Source of the DNA: Minisyncoccota bacterium
GTDB taxonomy: Bacteria; Patescibacteriota; Minisyncoccia; Phycocordibacterales; UBA12079
Direction: 5' to 3'
Assembly: GCA_023140255.1 (NCBI GenBank)
Contig: JAGLLX010000003.1
Span: forward strand, 7,485-71,484
Length of the DNA stretch: 64,000 bases
Both the position numbers and the translations under genes were made by a program. Shown here piece after piece: positions 1 to 8,209 of the stretch. Under the pieces are notes generated by a model, which was given only the letters and a program-made list of their open reading frames with translations, was not told the origin of the DNA and made no database searches. Every line of letters starts with the position of its first letter. Position 1 is the stretch's first letter.

Positions 1-2
1 TA

Positions 3-1427
3 ATGGTTATAGATTTAAAAACACTAACTATAAAAAAAGCACATGAAGCAATGAAAGCTGGTGACTTTACTGCGCAAGAATTAGCTCAGGCTTATTTAGA
101 TAATATTAACCCAGAATTAAATGCTTTTATTTTAATTTTTGATGATGTTTTAGAACAGTCCAAAAAAGCTGATGAACGATTTAAAAATGGAACAGCTGAA
201 TTACTGACCGGAATTCCAATGGCGATTAAAAATAATATTTTAATTAAAGGTAAAAGAACAACTGCTGGTTCAAAAATTCTAGAAAATTATAAGGCAACTT
301 ATGACGCCACTGTAATTACTAAATTAAAAAAAGTAGGAGCTGTGTTTATTGGGGGAACTAACTTAGATGAATTTGCACACGGATCTTCTACTGAAAATTC
401 AGCTTATGGAGTAACTAAAAATACCTATGATTTAGAAAGAGTGGCTGGTGGTTCTTCTGGGGGTTCTGCTGTGGCTGTAGCTTCAGATATGGCTTTAGTA
501 GCCCTAGGATCAGATACAGGCGGTTCTATTCGTCAACCTGCTAGTTTCAATGGTATTTTAGGTTTAAAGACTACTTATGGAAGAGTTTCTAGAAGTGGAG
601 CTGTAGCTATGGGTTCTTCTTTTGATCAAATTGGCCCTTTTGCAAAAAATATAGAAGATATAAAAATAGTTTACGATTGTATTAAGGGGGAAGATAAAAT
701 GGATAGTACAACTTTGAAAAATGGAAGAACTGAAGAATTAGAACAAAAAATTGATTTAGATAAAAAAATGACAATCGGAATTCCAAGACATTTTTTACAA
801 GAAGGAATTGATGCAGATGTAATGGAAAATTTTGAAGAGTCTATTAAAAAACTGAAAGAAAAAGGATATGAGGTGAAAGAAATTGAATTACCCAATATCA
901 AATATTCTTTAGCCGTTTATTATATTTTGATGCCAGCTGAAGTATCTGCTAATTTATCTCGTTATGATGGAGTGCGTTTTGGTTTTAAGAAAGAAGGAGA
1001 AAACCTTTTAGAAGATTATATGAAAACTAAAGGAGAAGGTTTTGGGAAAGAAACTCGTAGACGAATTATTTTAGGAACATATATTTTATCAGCAGGTTAT
1101 AAAGATGCTTATTATAAGAAAGCTCAAGTGTTAAGAAATATAATAAGAAAAGATTTTGAGAAAGCTTTTTCAGAAGTTGATGTAATTTTAACCCCAACAA
1201 CTCCTAGCCCTGCTTTTGTGATTGGATCCAAAGGAGATGATCCGGTACAAATGTATTTAGGAGATATTTTTACAGTTTCTTCTAACGTTGTAGGAAATCC
1301 AGCTATATCCATTCCTTCTGGTTTTGTAGAAAGAGACGGAAAAAATTTACCAATAGGTTTGCAGATTTTAGCTCCACATTTGTATGAAGATGTATTAGTT
1401 AAAATTTCCGATGATTTTTTAAGTTAA
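3..1427 (+). CDS. gatA: Asp-tRNA(Asn)/Glu-tRNA(Gln) amidotransferase subunit A
   Basis: Amidase signature GGSSGGSA...GSDTGGSIRQPA; ANLSRYDGVRFG; ETRRRIILGTY. Confidence 0.97.
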   Translation: MVIDLKTLTIKKAHEAMKAGDFTAQELAQAYLDNINPELNAFILIFDDVLEQSKKADERFKNGTAELLTGIPMAIKNNILIKGKRTTAGSKILENYKATYDATVITKLKKVGAVFIGGTNLDEFAHGSSTENSAYGVTKNTYDLERVAGGSSGGSAVAVASDMALVALGSDTGGSIRQPASFNGILGLKTTYGRVSRSGAVAMGSSFDQIGPFAKNIEDIKIVYDCIKGEDKMDSTTLKNGRTEELEQKIDLDKKMTIGIPRHFLQEGIDADVMENFEESIKKLKEKGYEVKEIELPNIKYSLAVYYILMPAEVSANLSRYDGVRFGFKKEGENLLEDYMKTKGEGFGKETRRRIILGTYILSAGYKDAYYKKAQVLRNIIRKDFEKAFSEVDVILTPTTPSPAFVIGSKGDDPVQMYLGDIFTVSSNVVGNPAISIPSGFVERDGKNLPIGLQILAPHLYEDVLVKISDDFLS

Positions 1428-1438
1428 ATCAAGGTTAA

Positions 1439-1468
1439 TTAAATGGCTCAAAAAAATGAGCCATTTAA
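1439..1468. repeat. GGCTCA-type palindrome / probable terminator after gatA
   Basis: TTAAATGGCTCA-A6-TGAGCCATTTAA; near-identical copy at 38363-38398. Confidence 0.75.
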
Positions 1469-1629
1469 TATGGCTTAAAACAATGATGAAAACATTAAAC
1501 TTAGCTATATCTAATAGGCAGGTTTTAAGCTAACTCTCTTTTTCAACATTCCACTCTCTACATTTTGTCTCCTATAAGTTATAATTACAAGTGAGGATTT
1601 ATAAAAATAAATTATGCTAATATTTTTAT

Positions 1630-1676
1630 TTTTATATAATCTGAGCGCAGTAAATATATACTCGCTTTATATAATT
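1630..1676 (-). repeat. 47-nt dispersed structured repeat, copy 1
   Basis: Reverse complement matches 37718-37764 at 41/47 positions. Confidence 0.75.
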
Positions 1677-1681
1677 TAAGT

Positions 1682-2275
1682 ATGGATAATTATGTTGATT
1701 TCTTAAATATTGAACAGATTTATTATTGGATTTATCTTTTAATAAGTAATATATTTTATTATCTTAATCCTGTTAGATGGACAAGAATATATTATGATAA
1801 TTGGCCTTTAATAATGCTTTATTCTTTGATATTTTCTGCTATTTTACTTGCAGGAATTATTTATATTTATAATAAAATGAAAGTTGTTAAAGAAAGATAC
1901 TCAGAGGTTTTTAATACTGTTATGATACCTTCTTCTGATTCTGAAATGGGAGTTTTGAAAAATGAAAGATGGGAAAAGATTATAAGACATGTAAATTCAG
2001 AATCTCCTTTAGAATGGAGGTCTGCAATTTTGGATGCTGATGTTATTTTAGAAGAAATGCTAACAAAAATTGGTTATGCTGGAGAAACTTTAGGAGAAAA
2101 ATTAAGACAAGTAGAGAGAAGTGATTTTCTTACTATAGATAGTGCTTGGGAAGCGCACAAAATAAGAAATAAGGTTGCGCATGAAGATTTAGATTCCATC
2201 TTTTTAAATCAAAGACTTGTTAAAAAAACAATAAGTTTATATCAAAAAGTATTTGAAGAATTTCAATATATCTAA
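1682..2275 (+). CDS. Membrane-anchored conserved hypothetical protein with HEPN-like RNxxAH motif
   Basis: N-terminal hydrophobic segments; AWEAHKIRNKVAHE. Confidence 0.6.
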   Translation: MDNYVDFLNIEQIYYWIYLLISNIFYYLNPVRWTRIYYDNWPLIMLYSLIFSAILLAGIIYIYNKMKVVKERYSEVFNTVMIPSSDSEMGVLKNERWEKIIRHVNSESPLEWRSAILDADVILEEMLTKIGYAGETLGEKLRQVERSDFLTIDSAWEAHKIRNKVAHEDLDSIFLNQRLVKKTISLYQKVFEEFQYI

Positions 2276-2478
2276 CCTTGTTTTTTGGGTAGTTTTGATG
2301 TATATTACTAGTGTAAATGGTAGGTAGAAAGTAGTAAAAAATTTGCTTTGCAAATTTTTTTAAAGTTAAGTTAAATATATTGTAGGATGGTGTAGGCGAT
2401 CTGCACACAGAAGGACTAATATGACTTATAGCCTCTGGAGGTTGTTAAAAAAACTTAAAAATTGAATAAGGTAAATAT

Positions 2479-2549
2479 CGCGGGATGGTGTAACGGTTGC
2501 ACAGGAGGCTCATAACCTCCAGGTGTCTGTTCAAGTCAGGCTCCCGCAA
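2479..2549 (+). tRNA. tRNA-fMet (CAT), initiator
   Basis: CGCGGGA/TCCCGCA acceptor with C1:A72 mismatch; GGAGG-CTCATAA-CCTCC anticodon arm; GTTCAAGT T-loop; no encoded CCA. Confidence 0.9.
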
Positions 2550-2643
2550 CAAGTAAACAAAAAGCTTTGGAATTTAATTTCAGGGCTTTTTGTTATTTAT
2601 ATATTTAATAATTCCTCTAAATATGATATATTATGTTTTAATT

Positions 2644-2717
2644 GTCGGCGTAGCTTAGTTGGTTAAAGCGGGCGTCTCATACGCGCCAGATCAATGGTTC
2701 GAATCCATTCGTCGACA
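2644..2717 (+). tRNA. tRNA with CAT anticodon (elongator Met or Ile2)
   Basis: GTCGGCG/CGTCGAC acceptor; GGCGT-CTCATAC-GCGCC; GGTTCGAATCC; terminator-like hairpin at 2725-2764. Confidence 0.9.
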
Positions 2718-2876
2718 CAGTATAAATAAAAAACTCTCTTAATTAAATTAAGAGAGTTTTTTATGTGAGTATTTGGTTAGGTAAATGTCCTGTCACGTAT
2801 TATAATTATATTAAGATTATCAATTTCAATTAATATTTTACATATTAATAGGTTGATACATTAATAACATAAAAAG

Positions 2877-3542
2877 ATGCCTATTTATAAAAAAGTAAAT
2901 GTAGATTTTTTTAAAAAATGGTCTCCCAAAATGGCTTACGTTTTAGGGTTTTTTATGGCTGATGGTTCTATTGATATAAATCCACGAGGTTCGCATTATC
3001 TTAGTATTCAAATTTGCGATAAGGAACTTTTAGAAAGTATAAAGAAGACTTTAGAGTCTAATCATAAAATATCAGTAAGGAAAGGGTTTGGGAATGAAAG
3101 CGATAAATATAGACTTCAAATAGGTAGAAAAGAAATGTTTGAAGATTTACAAAAGTTGGGAGTAAATCAACAAAAATCACATACAATGGAAATGCCAAAA
3201 GTTCCTAAAAAATATTTCGGAGATTTTGTTAGGGGTTATTTTGATGGAGATGGAAATGTTTGGGTGGGGTTTGTTCATAAGGAAAGGAAAACACCAACTT
3301 TAGTTATTCATACGGTGTTTACTTCATGTTCTAGAATGTTTTTAAATTCATTACATAATGAAATACAGGAACAAGGAATTTTAGGAGGGGGAATTATTTG
3401 CAAAAAGAATGCTTTTTGTTTAAAGTATAGTATTAACGACTCTTTAAAATTATATAAGTTAATGTATAATAGTCTTGATAACGACTTATTCTTAGAAAGA
3501 AAAAGAATTGTTTTTAAAGAGTTCGCAAAATTGCGGGTGTAG
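2877..3542 (+). CDS. Free-standing double-motif LAGLIDADG homing endonuclease
   Basis: Motifs YVLGFFMADGSI and FVRGYFDGDGNV; stop codon lies inside tRNA-Asp. Confidence 0.88.
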   Translation: MPIYKKVNVDFFKKWSPKMAYVLGFFMADGSIDINPRGSHYLSIQICDKELLESIKKTLESNHKISVRKGFGNESDKYRLQIGRKEMFEDLQKLGVNQQKSHTMEMPKVPKKYFGDFVRGYFDGDGNVWVGFVHKERKTPTLVIHTVFTSCSRMFLNSLHNEIQEQGILGGGIICKKNAFCLKYSINDSLKLYKLMYNSLDNDLFLERKRIVFKEFAKLRV

Positions 3543-3605
3543 CTCAGCTGGTAGAGCATTCGCTTGTCACGCGAAAGGTCGCCGGTTCAAGTCCGGTCAC
3601 TCGCG
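3533..3605 (+). tRNA. tRNA-Asp (GTC)
   Basis: GCGGGTG/CACTCGC acceptor, G discriminator; TTCGC-TTGTCAC-GCGAA; GGTTCAAGTCC; hairpin at 3608-3648. Confidence 0.93.
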
Positions 3606-3726
3606 CAAAATAACAAAACCAAAGCGTTTAGCTTTGGTTTTGTTATTTGTTTGTACAAATTCTAAATAAGTGGTAGAATATTTTTTGGTTTTGTTCTTAT
3701 AATCTAAAACAGAAAAGGAGTTCAGA

Positions 3727-4242
3727 ATGAAGGGTAAGTTAGTTTTGTTAAGTATTTTGGTTTTTGTTTTTTCTTTATTTTTGTGCAATTCGGTTTTTGC
3801 TGATTGGCATAAATTAACCCAAGAAGAAAGGGATAATTTTATCATACAAAGAGCTTACGGAGATCAGGACAAATTTGTTGGCGAAAGTTGCAAAGAATGG
3901 GTGCGGACTGTTATAAAATCCGCATCAAAAAAAGCTGTAATAATTCCACCAACAATAACTCCTAAAGATTCATGTTGGTATAATAGCCCTAATATTACAA
4001 TTGCTACTAAAAAACTTTGTGCAGTTCAAATAGGGCATGTTCTTCAAATGGATCTTGCTAGGAGCCGTTTCCCCCATACTGCTATTGTTATTGGCAAAGG
4101 TTTATACGGACTTGTTCTGATAGAAGCTAATTGGGATAGGACTCCTGCTGATGGAACAGATGCATATGTTCGTCGTCGTTATGTTTCTTTCACAACTTTT
4201 AATAATCAGGTTGAATCATTTACAGCTTATAATATTCTGTAA
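3727..4242 (+). CDS. Secreted CHAP-like (papain-fold) amidase/peptidase
   Basis: Signal peptide ending VFA; GESCKEWV (Cys), PHTAIV (His), IEANW (Glu); AAGGAG SD; terminator 4264-4295. Confidence 0.65.
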   Translation: MKGKLVLLSILVFVFSLFLCNSVFADWHKLTQEERDNFIIQRAYGDQDKFVGESCKEWVRTVIKSASKKAVIIPPTITPKDSCWYNSPNITIATKKLCAVQIGHVLQMDLARSRFPHTAIVIGKGLYGLVLIEANWDRTPADGTDAYVRRRYVSFTTFNNQVESFTAYNIL

Positions 4243-4333
4243 AGATTCTGACTGAGTAGTATCAAAAGAGGTAATCTTGTTAGATTACCTCTTTTTTCTT
4301 TTATATTAAAAAAATAATGGTAAGATAATAGCA

Positions 4334-5050
4334 ATGACAAAATTATATATTACAGCTACACCAATAGGGAATCTAGAAGATATTAGTCTTCGTGCTTTAA
4401 GAATTCTTAAAGAAGTTGATTTCATCTTGTGTGAAGATACTCGGGTAACTAAAAAACTTTTAAATAAATACGAAATAAAAACTCCAACAATTTCATATCA
4501 TTCATTTAGCGGAAAAATTAAAACAGATAAAATATTAGAACTATTAGAAGAAGAAAAGGATTTAGCTTTAGTTTCGGATGCAGGTACTCCTACTATTTCT
4601 GACCCTGGTTTCCAGTTAGTTTCTCAAGTCAGGAAGAAATTTGGAGAGAAAGTAGAAATCTTACCAATACCCGGGGCTTCAGCTTTAAGTTCTGCTTTGT
4701 CAGTTAGTGGTCTTCCATCAGATACTTTTATTTTTTATGGATTTTTACCACATAAAAAAGGGAAGCAAAGTATTATAAATGAAATTTTAGAATCGAAAAG
4801 AACATCTGTTTTTTATGAGTCACCACATAGAGTTTTAAAAACCTTAAAAATGATTCAAGAATTATCAATAAAAAATGAATCTAACCCTAAACATTCTGTC
4901 GGGCAAGGTAAAGAAATAGTTATAGCTAGAGAATTAACTAAAATGTTTGAGCAAGTTGTTGCGGGGAATATAGGTAAGGTATCAGAATATTTTGAAAATA
5001 ATCCTGATAAAGTAAAAGGTGAGTTTGTAATAATTATTTCAGGAAATTAA
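4334..5050 (+). CDS. rsmI: 16S rRNA (cytidine1402-2'-O)-methyltransferase
   Basis: ATPIGNLEDIS, CEDTR, SDAGTPTISDPG, YESPHR, RELTK. Confidence 0.96.
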   Translation: MTKLYITATPIGNLEDISLRALRILKEVDFILCEDTRVTKKLLNKYEIKTPTISYHSFSGKIKTDKILELLEEEKDLALVSDAGTPTISDPGFQLVSQVRKKFGEKVEILPIPGASALSSALSVSGLPSDTFIFYGFLPHKKGKQSIINEILESKRTSVFYESPHRVLKTLKMIQELSIKNESNPKHSVGQGKEIVIARELTKMFEQVVAGNIGKVSEYFENNPDKVKGEFVIIISGN

Positions 5051-5091
5051 GAATAATTTATTTTTAGTGTTATAATACAAATTATATGAAT

Positions 5092-5201
5092 CCCGTTAGA
5101 GATTTGGCGGGAAAAAGATTAATAATTTAATTTAAAGATAGTTATTAAAAGTAAGGGACTTGTCCCGTTAGAAAGACTTTTAATAAATTATCTCTAACGG
5201 G
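5092..5201. mobile_element. MITE-like element, copy 1 (110 bp)
   Basis: TIR CCCGTTAGAGAT/ATCTCTAACGGG; flanked by ATGAAT duplication (5086-5091, 5202-5207). Confidence 0.85.
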
Positions 5202-5420
5202 ATGAATAAGAAAAAAATTTTAATTGCAGCTATATTAGTTATAATAATTCCTTTAGTAGGTATCCCTGTTTTATGGAAAACATGGCTTTTGGTTGCTGCA
5301 GGTTTGTATATTATTTGGCAGACTTTTGCATCTAAAGATAAAGATAAGGATATTGAAGAGGAAAAAGAAAAAAATTTTGATAAAGTTTATATAGAAAATG
5401 AAAAGAATATTGAAGAATAA
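5202..5420 (+). CDS. Small membrane protein
   Basis: Two hydrophobic helices plus acidic tail; overlaps the next gene's start. Confidence 0.7.
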   Translation: MNKKKILIAAILVIIIPLVGIPVLWKTWLLVAAGLYIIWQTFASKDKDKDIEEEKEKNFDKVYIENEKNIEE

Positions 5421-6579
5421 AAAGAGAGTTTTGGGTTTTATAACTTTAGGCGGTGTTTTAAGCATCGCTTTGTTTTTATTTTTTAATACAGGTTTACTGA
5501 ATTCATATATAGAATTTAATAATGAAAGAGAGAGTATAGTAAAAGTAAAAAAAGTAGAATTTGAAGCAAGTCATATAAAAACTCCAGAACAATTAAAGGG
5601 TGTTTATATGACTAGTTGGGTGGCTGGAACAAAAAGTATCAGAGACGGGTTAATTAGTTTGATAGAAGATACGGAGATTAATGCGATAGTAATAGATATT
5701 AAAGACTATTCAGGTAAAATTGCTTTTAAAGTGCAAGATGAAAATTTACTTAAGTATGATTCTGTAGAAAATAGAATGCCAGATATTAAAGAATTGATTG
5801 AATACTTACATAGTAAAAATGTTTATGTGATTGGAAGAATCTCAGTATTTCAAGATCCTCATCTTGTAGAAAAAAGACCTGACTTAGCTGTAAAGAAAAG
5901 TGAAGGGGGAGAAGTTTGGACAGATTACAAAGGAATTTCTTGGTTAGATGCTGGTTCTACAGAAGTTTGGGATTATGTGATTACTTTAGCAAAAGAATCT
6001 CATAATATTGGTTTTGATGAAATTAATTTTGATTATATTCGTTTCCCGTCAGATGGAAATATGAATGAGATTTATTATCCGATAAGTGAGGAAAGAATAA
6101 TTTTAGATCCTGATAATGGAAAAGCTAAAGTTTTACAAGAATTTTTTTCTTATCTATATAATAAGATGAGTGAGACAGGAGCTATTTTATCAGCAGATTT
6201 ATTTGGAATGGTTACTACTAATAGCGATGACTTAAATATTGGTCAGATTTTAGAATACGCGTTACCTTTCTTTGATTACATTTGCCCAATGGTTTATCCT
6301 TCGCATTATCCTACTGGTTTTATTGGTTTAACCAATCCGGCTGAACATCCTTATGAAGTAATAAAATATTCAATGGATAAGGCAGTTGAGAAAACTATTA
6401 ATGCTAGTTCAAGCCCTGACAAAATAAGGCCTTGGTTACAAGATTTTGATTTAGGTGCTGATTATACCGCGCCGATGGTTAGAAAACAGATTCAAGCAAC
6501 TTATGATTCAGGGTTGGACTCTTGGTTGTTGTGGTCTGCTTCTAATAGGTACACCAAAGACGCACTCCTTAAAAAATAA
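5398..6579 (+). CDS. Putative glycoside hydrolase (DUF4015-like)
   Basis: N-terminal TM; INAIVIDIKD, GFDEINFDYIRFP, PMVYPSHY, IRPWLQDF. Confidence 0.8.
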   Translation: MKRILKNKKRVLGFITLGGVLSIALFLFFNTGLLNSYIEFNNERESIVKVKKVEFEASHIKTPEQLKGVYMTSWVAGTKSIRDGLISLIEDTEINAIVIDIKDYSGKIAFKVQDENLLKYDSVENRMPDIKELIEYLHSKNVYVIGRISVFQDPHLVEKRPDLAVKKSEGGEVWTDYKGISWLDAGSTEVWDYVITLAKESHNIGFDEINFDYIRFPSDGNMNEIYYPISEERIILDPDNGKAKVLQEFFSYLYNKMSETGAILSADLFGMVTTNSDDLNIGQILEYALPFFDYICPMVYPSHYPTGFIGLTNPAEHPYEVIKYSMDKAVEKTINASSSPDKIRPWLQDFDLGADYTAPMVRKQIQATYDSGLDSWLLWSASNRYTKDALLKK

Positions 6580-6696
6580 GCCCAAAATTAACACATTTCT
6601 TCGTTAGTTTCAGGAAAATAATTTTCACTGTATGCTTGATACGGCTCAAATTATTTTCCTTTGCTTCCTCGAACTATGTTAATTTTGGGTTTATTT
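6574..6696. repeat. ~123-nt long-hairpin repeat, copy 1
   Basis: Terminal and internal inverted repeats; homologous to 57032-57155. Confidence 0.7.
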
Positions 6697-6811
6697 AAAA
6701 TGTGCGTATATATTACTACAAAGTATTGACATAATGTCTAGTATTCTATATATTTATTGGCAGAAGTTTTTTGAAAATGTATTTTAACTTTGAAAAGAAA
6801 AGGAGTTTCAA

Positions 6812-8119
6812 ATGGAAAATGTAGTTTTAGAAAGTTGGTTGCCTCAAGGTGATGGTGAAAATTTATTTCAAGAAATAAAGAAAGTTAAGCTTCAGGCTGA
6901 GGCTAAAGGAATTGATTGTTTTAATCTTGGGGTTGGAGCGCCACCAGGAGCACCTGTCCAGAGCGCCAGAGATGGGGCTTCGGAAGCTATTTTAAGTGGA
7001 CTTGAATCAATGCACGAATATCAAGATAATGGTGAGCCTGGTATGTCTGGATTTGCTAAGTCTTTTATTCGGGCTAATGTTGGAGACACTGTTAATTGGG
7101 ATACCGTCAGTGAAAAAGATATGGAATGTTTCCCGATTTCAGAGACAGATTCAATCAGTGAAAAAGATATGGAATGTTTTCCGATTCCGGGGATAAAATC
7201 AATGATTGGTTTAATTCCGTTGGCTTGTGGTTGCTTTGCTCGTGGTCCAGGTCGGATTTTTGAAGAAGGCAAACTTCCTTATCCAACTCTAAAGGTGATG
7301 GGAATGACCGATCCTGGTTATCCTGTGCCTCAAACTTGGGCTGAACGGTATTTAGGTAACGATTACAAACACTTAACTACCAATCCAGAAAATAATTTTG
7401 TGGTATCGGCTGAGGAAGTAGCTGGTCATTGTCCGAATCTTTTGATGCTCAATTATCCGCATAATCCATCGGGTCAAATTTCCACTGAGTTTTTGTGGAA
7501 GGAGCTTTTGCCGGTTTGTGTAGAAAATGGTATCAGAGTTTTTAATGACGCAGCTTATGCTATGCATGACCATAGCGGTGAACATATAACCTTAACCGAA
7601 GCTGCCCTAAAAACCTCTGGACTTTCTTGGGCTGAATCTTGTTCATCTTCCAAGGTAATCGGGAATGGGACTGGTTGGCGGATAGGTGCTATGGCGGGTT
7701 CACCAGATTTTATCGCTGATATTAAAACTATCAAGGGTAATGCTGATAGTGGTCCTAATGCTGCTTTGGCTACTGGTGTTAAATATGCTGTAGAAAATGA
7801 TATGGCTAGCATTGATGCTATTCGTGAAATCTATGCTCGTCGTATCAAAGTTCTCAAAGATATTCTTATCGTCCACGGTTTACGTTTGGCGGTTGATCCC
7901 AAAGCTGGATTTTTTACTCTTTGGCAAACACCGCGTCGTGCTTTCGGTCAGGACATCCGAGATGCTAAACATTTCAATTACTTGATGATTGAAAAAACTG
8001 GTTTGATCGGTGTTCATTTTCATCCGTATATTCGCTACGCTGTTGTAGCCGATATTGAGGAACCTAATTTTCTCAAGGCAATTAAATGTGCCTTTAAAAT
8101 GGCAAACGTAGAGTATTAA
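6812..8119 (+). CDS. PLP-dependent class I/II aminotransferase (LL-DAP aminotransferase-like)
   Basis: LNYPHNPSG, NDAAY, SSSK..GWRIG; TTGACA at 6727, AAGGAG SD, terminator 8142-8173. Confidence 0.8.
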   Translation: MENVVLESWLPQGDGENLFQEIKKVKLQAEAKGIDCFNLGVGAPPGAPVQSARDGASEAILSGLESMHEYQDNGEPGMSGFAKSFIRANVGDTVNWDTVSEKDMECFPISETDSISEKDMECFPIPGIKSMIGLIPLACGCFARGPGRIFEEGKLPYPTLKVMGMTDPGYPVPQTWAERYLGNDYKHLTTNPENNFVVSAEEVAGHCPNLLMLNYPHNPSGQISTEFLWKELLPVCVENGIRVFNDAAYAMHDHSGEHITLTEAALKTSGLSWAESCSSSKVIGNGTGWRIGAMAGSPDFIADIKTIKGNADSGPNAALATGVKYAVENDMASIDAIREIYARRIKVLKDILIVHGLRLAVDPKAGFFTLWQTPRRAFGQDIRDAKHFNYLMIEKTGLIGVHFHPYIRYAVVADIEEPNFLKAIKCAFKMANVEY

Positions 8120-8209
8120 TTTCAATCAGTAAATGCAAAACAAACCCCTTACGAGTATTTTCGTAAGGGGTTTTATTTTTTACTAAAAAAATATGATATA
8201 ATTATTTTA

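Noticed and set aside
1766-1780. CCTGTTAGA half-match to the MITE TIR (also CTAACGGG at ~18642 and ~54289)
   Set aside because: No partner TIR or target duplication; likely chance
2877-3605. Group I intron in tRNA-Asp hosting the endonuclease
   Set aside because: The tRNA-Asp is contiguous and no intron core is evident; the ORF lies upstream of it
4875-4910. Possible repeat-derived insertion in RsmI (SNPKHSVGQG)
   Set aside because: Looks like an extra loop, but too degenerate to assign to a repeat family by eye
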